Below, piece after piece: positions 7,684 to 16,462 of a stretch of DNA of 49,848 nt. The stretch is from positions 1 through 49,848 of the IMG/VR virus record IMGVR_UViG_3300032157_000014. The stretch is one strand, 5' to 3'. The DNA comes from a virus. The position numbers and the translations under genes are program-made. The notes beneath the pieces were generated by a model. The model saw nothing but the letters and a program-made list of their open reading frames with translations. It did no database searches and was not told where the DNA came from. Within the stretch, counting starts at the first letter, position 1. The number at the start of each line of letters is the position of its first letter.

Positions 7684-9273
7684 ACTCGTAGAGCTGCGAA
7701 CCACCTGCAGCGGCCGCGCGTCGACGAGGCGCGAAGGGTTGTAGTGGATCGTCGCTCCAGCGTCTTCGAGAACCACGCGCTCGATAAACGTCCCGAGGAA
7801 CTCGCGCACCTTCTTCGGATCTCCGCACTCGATCGACTCTTTTACAAATCCTTCCACCTGGGCAAGCGTCGCTTCGTCCAGGCAGGCTTGGGGCGCCGGC
7901 ATCGCTTCCAGCTCAGAGAGACTCTCCTCGAGCTGCTTGACTTGGGCGTTGAGTTCGCGCAGCCGCACCGTCAGATCTCCCAGGTTCGGCGCCCCGCGGC
8001 CGTGCTCTTCCAGGACGTCGAACACGTTCCGGCGCCGCCGCTCGGCGTCTCGCAGATCGTTGACGAGGGCGACTCGCCGCGTCGCCCGATCACGTACCCA
8101 GGACCCGCTGAGCTCGTGCATCTGCCTGGTGATGTCGGCTATTCGCTCCCTGGTCAGGATCCGCTCTTTGATCGGCGTCATCAACCAGGCGTCGAGGTTG
8201 TCGGCGGGGATCATCCTGCTGGCGCACCCGGATCCGCGGTTCGACCCGCCGCAGTTGTAGTAGCTGTACGTCTTTCGCTTCCTGCCGGTACCCGTCTGGA
8301 TCACGAGGCACTTGTTGCACGCGCCACACCGCAGCAGTCCGGTGAACAGGTGGGTGCTCAGGGCATGGCCATTCCCCTCGACGGGAGCGCGGCCAGCGAT
8401 GAGTTTCTGTACTGACATGAAATTCTCCTCAGAAATGATCGGCGCGTGGCTCAGTGTCCGGATCCAGTCTGCTTCCGGGCGCTCTTCACGTGTCGCGTGG
8501 TCGGTGCGGTTGAAGGTGGTGTAGCCGCAGTACGTCCAGTTGCGAAGTAGATTCAGGATCGTGTTCTTCGTCCACGTGGCCCCCCGCCGGCGCAGGCCTG
8601 CGCGATTGAGGCGGACAGCTATGTTTTTCACCCCGGATCCGGCGAGGGAGCGCGCGAAGATGTCCCGCACGATCATGGCCTCCGCTTCCACTATCGCGAG
8701 CCGCCGGCGCTTGCCGACAGGCACCGACTCGTAGCCGAACGGCACGCGGCCGCCGTTGAAGAAGCCGTCGCGCGCATTCTTCAGCAGCGATCGCCGCGTG
8801 TCCTTGCTGACCGTCCGGCTGTACTGCTCGTCCATCATCTCGAACATCTTCTCGAGCAGCCAGCCCTCGTCGGTGCCCGTGTTTATGTTCTGCGAGACGT
8901 AGATCATTTCGGTGCCACCGCGGCGCAGGTTGTGCTTCGTCCAGGCGGCGACCGCGCTGCTGCGGCTGAAGCGGGCCGTGTTCCAGAGGATGAAGTAGTC
9001 GATGTCGGCGATCCCGCAGTAGTCGACGGCCTCGTCGAACACGTCTCGCTTGACCTTGCGGCCGGAGACGCCTTCCTCCGTGAAGATCTTCACCACCGTC
9101 GCGCTGAGTTCCTCGGCCTTCCGCCTGCAGGCCTCGATCTGGCCGTCGATCGGGAGCTCCTCCTCGGCCTGGCCAGCCGTGCTGACGCGCGCGAGGATGA
9201 TCGCCTTTTTCACCGCGGCCACTCTACGATCTCCCGCCGAGCCGGTATATGTGACGTCGGGAGACTTTCTCAC
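7603..9273 (-). CDS. Large serine recombinase (integrase)
   Basis: Resolvase-type N-terminus KKAIILARVSTAGQ containing the catalytic Ser. Recombinase domain, Zn-ribbon LLRCGACNKCL...YYNCGG, and a C-terminal coiled coil. The true start may be the GTG at 9222, just after the upstream stop at 9224. Confidence 0.85.
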   Translation of the reverse strand: MRKSPDVTYTGSAGDRRVAAVKKAIILARVSTAGQAEEELPIDGQIEACRRKAEELSATVVKIFTEEGVSGRKVKRDVFDEAVDYCGIADIDYFILWNTARFSRSSAVAAWTKHNLRRGGTEMIYVSQNINTGTDEGWLLEKMFEMMDEQYSRTVSKDTRRSLLKNARDGFFNGGRVPFGYESVPVGKRRRLAIVEAEAMIVRDIFARSLAGSGVKNIAVRLNRAGLRRRGATWTKNTILNLLRNWTYCGYTTFNRTDHATREERPEADWIRTLSHAPIISEENFMSVQKLIAGRAPVEGNGHALSTHLFTGLLRCGACNKCLVIQTGTGRKRKTYSYYNCGGSNRGSGCASRMIPADNLDAWLMTPIKERILTRERIADITRQMHELSGSWVRDRATRRVALVNDLRDAERRRRNVFDVLEEHGRGAPNLGDLTVRLRELNAQVKQLEESLSELEAMPAPQACLDEATLAQVEGFVKESIECGDPKKVREFLGTFIERVVLEDAGATIHYNPSRLVDARPLQVVRSSTSWLPELGNLRTVRLEVDLPEDYWRRAA

Positions 9274-9721
9274 CTAACTCTGCCTTCATCCGCTCAAGGA
9301 TCTCGGTCACGCTCTTGCCCTCGGCCATGAGCGACTCGATGAACCGATTGCGCTGGAAGCGCAGATACGAGCGGTAGGAGCGCATCCGCACCTCGAGATC
9401 TCCCTTGTCCGTGCGGCACGCTGGATCCTGGTCGTAGATGCGCCACGCGAGCATGAAGTTGTCGAAGCCGATCGCCTCCGCCACGAGCAGCTGAGTGCGC
9501 GACAGCCCCATGCGCGCGAGTTCGTCGAGGCGCGAATCGCGATCGGCGGCGACGCGCAAATGCGACGTAGGAGTAGAGCGACCATCTTGGTACCCACCCC
9601 CCCCTGGAGCCAGGCCGGCCGGCGCCTGCCGACCCCCCAGGCCAGGCGCCAGGATCTCCGCGGCGGCCGATCGAGGCACAGCTCCAGGTGTCGAGTTGCG
9701 CTTTTGAGCCGGTGACGGCAT
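9224..9721 (-). CDS. HTH protein upstream of the serine recombinase (possible regulator or directionality factor); start uncertain
   Basis: The C-terminal half has normal composition: ...LDELARMGLSRTQLLVAEAIGFDNFML...AEGKSVTEILERMKAELGEKVSRRHIYRL, a resolvase/Psq-like HTH. The N-terminal 60 aa are low-complexity, so an alternative start is the Met at 9511. Confidence 0.4.
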   Translation of the reverse strand: MPSPAQKRNSTPGAVPRSAAAEILAPGLGGRQAPAGLAPGGGGYQDGRSTPTSHLRVAADRDSRLDELARMGLSRTQLLVAEAIGFDNFMLAWRIYDQDPACRTDKGDLEVRMRSYRSYLRFQRNRFIESLMAEGKSVTEILERMKAELGEKVSRRHIYRLGGRS

Positions 9722-9967
9722 CAGCTATCCCCCTGATTCCACTGGTGCGACATGCGCTTTCCCGAGGAGTGCGCACGTCGGGGCCGCCAGCTCGCAGGCT
9801 GAGTTAGGCCGTTCTCGAGCTGCGCTGTGGACCAGGGGCGTGCGCACCCCTCGGCGTCTGATTCCACTAGAGAAACTGTTTGTGTTCTGGCACCCTTTAT
9901 ATGCGTTGTGTCGGGCTGCAGCGATCCGGACGCGTCGATGGCTGGTGTCATGGCGATCGGGATCTCG

Positions 9968-11008
9968 CTACGCGGGGGAAGTCGGCTTGGAGGACTGCAG
10001 GCGCTTGAGCAGCTCGGTGACTGGCGTGCTCATCTTGGCGAGCGGATTTGCCCTGTCGACATCACGCACCAGCTTGCGAATGGCGACGCTGGTGTAGATC
10101 TCGGTGCTCTTCGGATCCTTGTGCCCCATGAGCTCCTGCGTCGAGCGTAGGTGGACGTCCGACTCGGTGAGCTCAGCGCCGTAAAGGTGACGCGCTGCGT
10201 GCGGGTGCAGCTGGTCGATCGGGATCCCGGCGCGGCGGCCGTACTTCCCCACCAGGTCGTTGATCGCGCGTCGATCGAGACGCCGGCGCTCGCCGCGGTA
10301 CTCTGATTTCTGCACGTTCCTATTCATCAGGCTGACGAAAAGAACGTGATCGCCACCGCTGATCTCCGTGTCGATTTCCTTCAGCGCGGGATGCTCGAGG
10401 TACACGCGCAGCATCAGATCCGCTTCCTGGGGAACCGGCACCATCCGCTCGCGATCGCCCTTCTCGATGACCTTGATGAAGATCCTCGGTCGACCTTCAA
10501 CCTTGTCCTCGATCAACGAGGATCTGTTCAGCCGCACCACGGCACTCACGCGCACACCGCAGCCGACCAGGATGGAAAGAATCGACGCGTCGCGCACACC
10601 CTCGAAGGTGTTCAGATCCGGCGCCCAGATCAGTTTTTCCGCGCTGGCCAGGCGCATCACGTGCGGCAGCCTGCGGCCGGTGCGCGGATGCTCGAGCAGC
10701 TCCGCCGGCGACGCGTCGACGTACTTCATCATCACCATCCAGCGGCCGAATTCCTTCACCGCTGACACCTGCGGCCTGCGCCCGCTGGGCGTGAGGCCTC
10801 GCTTGATCAGCCAGGGCCCGCTGAATGCCACCAGGTCCTCGAGCGTCGCGTCGCGCGGATCCCGGCCGTCCAGGAACTCGAGGAGGCGCTCGAGCGCCAG
10901 GCGGTAATTGCCGATCGTGCTCTTCGAGCGATTCTTGTTCGCGGCCTTGTAGCTCAGGAACGCAGTGACGAGCTCGACGCGGTTCATCGCGGGCTCCCCA
11001 ATCTGCAT
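9968..11008 (-). CDS. Tyrosine recombinase, XerC/XerD-like
   Basis: N-terminal SAM-like core-binding region (TIGNYRLALERLLEFL). Catalytic-domain motifs VRVSAVVRL, HPHAARHLYG and LMGHKDPKSTEIYT. An alternative start is the Met at 10987. Confidence 0.8.
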   Translation of the reverse strand: MQIGEPAMNRVELVTAFLSYKAANKNRSKSTIGNYRLALERLLEFLDGRDPRDATLEDLVAFSGPWLIKRGLTPSGRRPQVSAVKEFGRWMVMMKYVDASPAELLEHPRTGRRLPHVMRLASAEKLIWAPDLNTFEGVRDASILSILVGCGVRVSAVVRLNRSSLIEDKVEGRPRIFIKVIEKGDRERMVPVPQEADLMLRVYLEHPALKEIDTEISGGDHVLFVSLMNRNVQKSEYRGERRRLDRRAINDLVGKYGRRAGIPIDQLHPHAARHLYGAELTESDVHLRSTQELMGHKDPKSTEIYTSVAIRKLVRDVDRANPLAKMSTPVTELLKRLQSSKPTSPA

Positions 11009-11059
11009 TCAGCGGGTGCAGATTTGAAAGAATTGCAGGGGGGTAGCGCATTTCCCGGA

Positions 11060-11455
11060 TGCAACCCGTGGATCGAGCACGCGATCGCAGGCAAGTGCCT
11101 GTCTCCCCTCTCAAAACCCGCCCACGGATATCCACGGATCGACCCGTGGATGGCCCCCGAACCCGTGGTTACAAATGCGGCCTGCTGCTCAGACCCGTGG
11201 ATGCGCGATCCGTGCGATTCCCCCTTCTTCTTCTTCTTTTCTTCTTTCAAGAGAGAGAGATAGGTAAAGGGGCGCGGCTGGAGGCCGAAAACCGGACCCG
11301 TGGAGAAAAGAGGCCGACCCGTGGATTTAGTAGGCCGATCCGTGGAAATACGGATACAACCTGTGGGGGCCACTGCCTCCGCGATCAATGGGTTAGGATA
11401 GGAATGACCTATCAACCACGGCTCAGGAGAAATGCCTACACCAACCCGTGCGGCG
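11060..11455. promoter_or_regulatory. Iteron array (ACCCGTGGAT-type repeats); candidate replication origin or recombinase arm-site cluster
   Basis: At least 6 near-perfect (A)CCCGTGGA(T) copies at about 11064, 11142, 11161, 11193, 11296 and 11317. Variants occur at 11338, 11358 and 11444, and CCACGGAT copies at 11122 and 11132. Three copies are spaced 21 bp apart (11296/11317/11338, each preceded by ggccga). Confidence 0.6.
11220..11270. repeat. Polypyrimidine/polypurine tract inside the iteron array (possible DNA-unwinding or H-DNA element)
   Basis: ccccttcttcttcttcttttcttctttcaagagagagagataggtaaagggg. This is a pure-pyrimidine run followed by a purine-rich run, with CCCC/GGGG ends. Confidence 0.5.
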
Positions 11456-11570
11456 AAAAGGTGGGCCGGCGCCCCATTGGCGCGGAAACGACAGCGCCGG
11501 GCCCTGCCCCTCCAAGTGCAGGGCGGTCGCGACAGCGTTTTATTCGAGGGGGGTACGGGGGGAACGAGCA

Positions 11571-14426
11571 TCAGGACGAACCACCGCCAGGGCGAGGCGG
11601 GTACTGCGGCTGGCCGGCCGCGACCGTCTCCGGGATCGCATCCGTTGGCCCGACAGCGAAGAGGCCGAACTCGCGCATCTTTGCGATCGACAGCGCGCAG
11701 AGGTGAGACACGCGTCGGCCCTGGTCGTTGAAGTCCGCACCGATCGTGCGCTCCACTTCGTCGCCCAGGATGACGCCGGCGGCGCGCAGCTGCTGCTTGT
11801 AGACGCGATCGCTCTTGATCGGCATGTTCTGCCAGGACTCGCGCAGCGAATTGGTGTGCTTCAGGTGGGCAATGACATGCGCCGGCCGCACGAGCAAGCA
11901 TTGCTCGCCGTCGATCGTGTCCCAGGTGTACGGCATGCGGAAGTTGCGCATCGCGATTTCACTCAGCAGGATCTCCGTGATCCACACCCAGGGCTCGCGC
12001 GTGGCTTTCGTCTCGCCAATGTGCGAGTTCATTTCCGCCTGCAGGTCCTTGAGGAAGCCGCCGGTGCCGACGTCGATGCCGGCGAACTCGCAGAGCAGCT
12101 CCCAGGCGATGCGCAGCGCGGCGTAGTTGCCCGCCATGCGCGAGGCGCCGGCGTCGGTGGCCAGCGCCATCGAGATCTTCAGCTGCTGGTCCTTGCAAGC
12201 CTGGTATCGCTCGAGCACCTGCCGACGGGACAGCGTGGTGATGAATTCCAGCCATTGGCGAATGGGGAAGCGCGGCAGGTCCTCGGGGATTGGCGCGCCC
12301 ATCTTCGATTTGCCGTGCACGTCGACGAATTGCGATCGCACCAGCTTGCCGACGAGGCTCTGCACCGGGACGTCCTCGCCGGCGAGCAGTACAGGCGCGC
12401 TGACGAGGAACTCTTTCATGTCAGCGCCCCGCTGGGTCATCGTGTACTGGTAGGCCTCCTGCAGCATGCGCACCGCGTAGTCGATGATTTCCTGCTTGCG
12501 GGCGGAGATCTCCTCCCATCCCACCGGGTGCGAGGTGTGCGCGAGCGAGGTGAGGATCCGGAACGGCGTCTGGATGGATTCGCCCGAGAGCATGATCATC
12601 GCGATCGCGCGCTCGAGGCGCTTGACGAAGGTTGACTTGCCCGAGCCCTTGGGTGCCTGCATCTCCATGTGCGGCCAAAAGCCGAGCAGCGCCTTCAGGT
12701 GCGCGCCCAGGGCCCATACCAGGACCAGGGTGCCGGCGTTCTCCTTCATCGTGTCCTGGAACGCCCTGATCACGCGCTCGGCCTCGTGGATCCGGCCGGA
12801 AGGGAACGTCAAGCGCCAATACGGGCACTGCTGGCGAGGGTCGATGAAGTAGCAGTTGGGGCCTTCGTTCACCACCAGGCGGCCGTCGCGCCATGCCACG
12901 CCGACGAAGTTGATCGCGTTGCGCGCGCCCAGGTGCGCCGTGCGCTCGAGGATGTTCACCATGCGCAGGAACGGGATCGGGCCGAAGACCGGGCCGAACT
13001 TCTTCCAGTTGTCGATGTTGTGCAGCTTCTCGTCCTCGATCACGCGCCGGAGCAGCTTCGCGCCGTGCCGCGGCGCCTGCACCGACACCGAGAACATGAC
13101 GTTGGGCTGCGCGTCCGGATCTCCGGTCATGGTCGACGTCGGGCTGGCGATCGTCACCCTCGAGAGGGATGCGATGCGGAACCCGGCCAGGTCCGAGTAC
13201 TCGAGCTTGGTGGTCTTCTCGCCTGAGTCGCCGTCGTTGACCTCGACCTCCTTCACCTTGCTGGTGAAGTCCGGCCGCACGCGGTAGCTCCAGTAGCGGC
13301 TATCGTCCTGCCAGGGCAGGTAGACGCGGATCTTGCGCTTGGGAGCGTCGTCAGGGTCCTTGCGCTCGCCGCTCGGCGGCCGGCCGGGGATCAGCCAGGG
13401 CTCGAGCTTCTGCAGCGCGCCGCGCTGCTTCATGGGATCGCGCTCCTTCTGGACCATTTCGTTCAGGTCCTTCCAGGGCCAGTCCAGCTGGTCGACGAGG
13501 AGAGCCGAGATATCGAGCTCGGTGAGCAGCTCGTGCGCGCGCCAGGCCGCGCGCGCGCCCGGGCAGATCCCGGCCAGCTGGTGGCCAGGAGGGAAAGGCG
13601 GATCGTTCGAAAAGCACAGTATCACCTGCTTGCCCATGAGCAGCCGCCAGTTCATGTGCTCGACGGTGGCCGTGCCCCGCACAGCGATCGCCGCGGTGTA
13701 CGCCAGCTCGGCCGCCTCGACGCTCAGCGCGTCGATCGCGCCCTCGACCACGTAGATCGTGTTCGCCTTGTCGAAGCGCTCCCAATCGGAACACCACGGG
13801 TATCCCGTCTTCTCGCCGTGCGACATCGTCTTCGTGCCGCCGTTGAGGGCCGGATCCAGGTAGCGCAGATCCACCGCCACCGGGTGGCCAGGATTGCGGC
13901 CGCGCACGATGAAGGCGGCCGCGGGCCCGCCGTAGCCGAACTCGCCGGACTTCACCTTGGAGCTGGTCCAGGTGTTCCAGCCGATCGTTCCCTTGGCGAT
14001 GCCACGCCGCACGATCGCCTCGGGGATCTTGCGCTCGTCGACGAGGTAGCTGAGCGCCTCCTCGGGCTTGTCCAGGCACCGCTCCGCGATGTACTCGGCG
14101 CGGCTCTTCTCGCGGTGTTCCTGCTTCGGCGCGTCCATTGGCACCCCGAGGTACGCATGCAGCCGCCGCAGCGCCGCCTTGAAGTCGCAGCCCTCCACGT
14201 ACATCACGAAGTCGACGCAGCTGCCGCTCTCGCCCTTGCCGCCGGCGTGGTCCTTGAACGCCCATTCGTGCTTGCTGTTCTTGTAGATCGACAGCGATGG
14301 GTTCTTGTCCGGCCGGCCGGGCGCGTGCCACAGCGTGCTGCCTGCCGGGCCTTTCGCCTTTTTCAGTCCGAGCCATTCCGCGAGCTGCGGGAGATCTATT
14401 CTTCTTTTTAGTTCTTCGATGTCCAT
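11571..14426 (-). CDS. Bifunctional DNA primase / P-loop helicase (TOPRIM plus DUF927/D5-type NTPase)
   Basis: 951 aa. The N-terminal region is primase Zn-finger-like (HAPGRPDKNPSLSIY...ESGSCVDFVMYVEG). TOPRIM motif IYVVEGAIDALS. Walker A motif QAPKGSGKST in the C-terminal half. Confidence 0.8.
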   Translation of the reverse strand: MDIEELKRRIDLPQLAEWLGLKKAKGPAGSTLWHAPGRPDKNPSLSIYKNSKHEWAFKDHAGGKGESGSCVDFVMYVEGCDFKAALRRLHAYLGVPMDAPKQEHREKSRAEYIAERCLDKPEEALSYLVDERKIPEAIVRRGIAKGTIGWNTWTSSKVKSGEFGYGGPAAAFIVRGRNPGHPVAVDLRYLDPALNGGTKTMSHGEKTGYPWCSDWERFDKANTIYVVEGAIDALSVEAAELAYTAAIAVRGTATVEHMNWRLLMGKQVILCFSNDPPFPPGHQLAGICPGARAAWRAHELLTELDISALLVDQLDWPWKDLNEMVQKERDPMKQRGALQKLEPWLIPGRPPSGERKDPDDAPKRKIRVYLPWQDDSRYWSYRVRPDFTSKVKEVEVNDGDSGEKTTKLEYSDLAGFRIASLSRVTIASPTSTMTGDPDAQPNVMFSVSVQAPRHGAKLLRRVIEDEKLHNIDNWKKFGPVFGPIPFLRMVNILERTAHLGARNAINFVGVAWRDGRLVVNEGPNCYFIDPRQQCPYWRLTFPSGRIHEAERVIRAFQDTMKENAGTLVLVWALGAHLKALLGFWPHMEMQAPKGSGKSTFVKRLERAIAMIMLSGESIQTPFRILTSLAHTSHPVGWEEISARKQEIIDYAVRMLQEAYQYTMTQRGADMKEFLVSAPVLLAGEDVPVQSLVGKLVRSQFVDVHGKSKMGAPIPEDLPRFPIRQWLEFITTLSRRQVLERYQACKDQQLKISMALATDAGASRMAGNYAALRIAWELLCEFAGIDVGTGGFLKDLQAEMNSHIGETKATREPWVWITEILLSEIAMRNFRMPYTWDTIDGEQCLLVRPAHVIAHLKHTNSLRESWQNMPIKSDRVYKQQLRAAGVILGDEVERTIGADFNDQGRRVSHLCALSIAKMREFGLFAVGPTDAIPETVAAGQPQYPPRPGGGSS

Positions 14427-14562
14427 GTGACCTGTTCGCGTTGGTGCCAGCGCCTCGGCGGGGGAAACCGGGGGAAGGGAAAACGAACCCCGAATTCGAA
14501 ACCGATCGCTGGCTGCCGGGATAACACCGCTCCCCCTCTATCCGGCTATAGGGGACAGCCCA

Positions 14563-14838
14563 CTACTCGTCCAAGAGATTCCGTTGATCCTTTTGCCTCC
14601 TCGCGTCCTTCTTCTCGAGCTTCTCGTGCACCGCGGCGATCGCGTCGTCCACCGCCTTGCGGTGATCGTTCACCGCGGCCTGCGTCACTCGCCTCGAGGT
14701 GAGCCGCCGATAGGCGGCGTACACCAGCGCCTGCAGGTGCTTCGGCACCATCCGCCAGTGCGACACACACATCGCATGGTGGCGCGGGCAGGCCGCGCTG
14801 CAGCTTTTGATCGGGCACTTGTGCGTCTCAATCGCCAT
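14563..14838 (-). CDS. Small Cys/His-rich (Zn-binding-like) protein, 91 aa
   Basis: MAIETHKCPIKSCSAACPRHHAMCVSHWRMVPKHL.... Normal composition. Confidence 0.55.
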   Translation of the reverse strand: MAIETHKCPIKSCSAACPRHHAMCVSHWRMVPKHLQALVYAAYRRLTSRRVTQAAVNDHRKAVDDAIAAVHEKLEKKDARRQKDQRNLLDE

Positions 14839-15163
14839 GGCCGTGCGGCTCCGGCATCGACAGGCGCAGCGGCCGCCACTTGCCGCCGGCGATCTGCCAC
14901 TCGTAGGATGGGTACGCGCCCGGCTCGACCTGGTCGAACCCCATCGACATCGCCACGTAAATCGTCACGCCGTGCGCGTCGCAGCGCTTGGCAGCGAAGA
15001 TGATGCAGTGCCCCATGATCTCCATCACCTGGTCGGGGAAATGCATCATCACTGCGTCGGTGATTGCGAAGCGCCCCATCCGGCCGCGCAGTTGCTCCGA
15101 CGTTACGAACTCGGCGCGGCGCAGGCGCTCCATGCCCGGGAAATGGATGATCTTTGCGGTCAC
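14828..15163 (-). CDS. Hypothetical protein (about 111 aa)
   Basis: Frame of track ORF 14828..15190. The GTG at 15161-15163 forms a GTGA overlap with the upstream stop at 15160. An alternative start is 15190. Confidence 0.5.
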   Translation of the reverse strand: MTAKIIHFPGMERLRRAEFVTSEQLRGRMGRFAITDAVMMHFPDQVMEIMGHCIIFAAKRCDAHGVTIYVAMSMGFDQVEPGAYPSYEWQIAGGKWRPLRLSMPEPHGHGD

Positions 15164-15426
15164 GCCGGCCCTACTGGAATGCCGAACCATTCCTTCAGTG
15201 GCTGCTTCGCGCTGATTGGCTCGGGGTGGCTCGGCGAGCGACTTGGCCGGAAGTCCCGTGCCACGAGGCCTGACTGCTTTAGCACGGTGTAGATCTTCGT
15301 TCGGTTGCGGCCAACGATCCGCGCGGTGAGCGTCACGTCTCCCCTTGCCGCCTTCAGGACCGCGGTGAGGTACTCGCGCTCGAGATCCTCGCGCACCTGG
15401 TCCAGTGTCTTGAACGGCAGCTGCAT
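15160..15426 (-). CDS. Fis-type HTH DNA-binding protein (88 aa)
   Basis: EREYLTAVLKAARGDVTLTARIVGRNRTKIYTVLKQSG matches the Fis/NtrC C-terminal HTH pattern. Confidence 0.6.
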   Translation of the reverse strand: MQLPFKTLDQVREDLEREYLTAVLKAARGDVTLTARIVGRNRTKIYTVLKQSGLVARDFRPSRSPSHPEPISAKQPLKEWFGIPVGPA

Positions 15427-15854
15427 CAGTTCACCTCGCTCGGCAGCAGGATCCGCCGGCGCTCAGGCGCCTCGCCGAAGGGCGCAGGCTCGGGGACGTC
15501 GTAGAGCGTCACGAAGCCGTGCAGCTCGCCCTCGAGGTTCAGGGAAGGGTTCAACAGCCAGACGCCAGCGCCGAGCCGCACGAGGCCGTAGGCCTCGAGC
15601 TCCGGGCCTTCCTTCACCACGGGCTCGCCAACGCGCCAGGGGATCGGCAGAGGCCGCCATGTCTCACCCAAGCACAGGAGCAGCTCGTCATTTGCATCCA
15701 TGCCACAGACCAAGTCGCCTGAAACGCGCCCCTTGTAAATGTCGTCTACCCATCGGAAGCACAGCTGACATACGGGCGTCGACGCGTCGCCAAATGCAAG
15801 CTCGGCTTGCTCGCACCATCTAGAGACCTCTCCGGCTCGACGCAGCAGGCTCAT
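15426..15854 (-). CDS. Hypothetical protein (142 aa)
   Basis: Normal composition, several Cys residues, tightly packed in the operon. Confidence 0.5.
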   Translation of the reverse strand: MSLLRRAGEVSRWCEQAELAFGDASTPVCQLCFRWVDDIYKGRVSGDLVCGMDANDELLLCLGETWRPLPIPWRVGEPVVKEGPELEAYGLVRLGAGVWLLNPSLNLEGELHGFVTLYDVPEPAPFGEAPERRRILLPSEVN

Positions 15855-15856
15855 GG

Positions 15857-16462
15857 CTAGTGCTGCTCCTTCTTCGGCGGCACCGGGCCTGCGGCCGCGG
15901 CGACGATGGCGTCAGCGTTCTGCTTGCCTGTGCCGATCACGACCGCGCCGCCGGGCACGGCGATCACGAGGCCAGGCGGAATGTCCGGCCCCTTCATGTT
16001 CGAGGCGCTGAACCGTGCGATCCACTCGTGCCTGAAATCCGTGTCCGGCGAGAGGCGCCCGGCGATGATCTCGTCGACGCAGGCGTCCATCTTGGCAACT
16101 GCTGCTTCGTCAGACTCAGCGATCCATTGCCCCACGAAGTTCGACGGCGAGAGAAATTTCGGGAAGTTGTCCAACGTCGGTGTATGGCTCGGGTCCAGCG
16201 CGAAGAGGATTACCTCGTGAGTCGCGCCTTGAAGACGGATAACAGCGGGCGGGAAACCTGCGATCGGGCGCAGATGAATCACCGCGATCACGTAGCTGTG
16301 CCACATTGGATGGGCCCAAGGCGCCTCGACAATCCAACCACCGAGCTCGCCGCCCACCTTTCCGTGCTTCCTTCTCAGGGCCGCAATGTCCAAGCGCCAC
16401 GCCTTGCCGTGTTCACCCTGCTTCGCCGGCGGCAGCGCCAGCCGCGGTGCCTCGTCCTTCAT
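15857..16462 (-). CDS. Hypothetical protein (201 aa)
   Basis: Normal composition. ATGA overlap with the upstream gene's stop at 16459. Confidence 0.55.
   Translation of the reverse strand: MKDEAPRLALPPAKQGEHGKAWRLDIAALRRKHGKVGGELGGWIVEAPWAHPMWHSYVIAVIHLRPIAGFPPAVIRLQGATHEVILFALDPSHTPTLDNFPKFLSPSNFVGQWIAESDEAAVAKMDACVDEIIAGRLSPDTDFRHEWIARFSASNMKGPDIPPGLVIAVPGGAVVIGTGKQNADAIVAAAAGPVPPKKEQH

Noticed and set aside
14528-14550. The hairpin cccctctatccggctatagggg after the 91-aa gene, considered as a terminator.
   Set aside because: The stem is imperfect, no U-tract follows on the transcribed strand, and the primase gene downstream appears to belong to the same operon.
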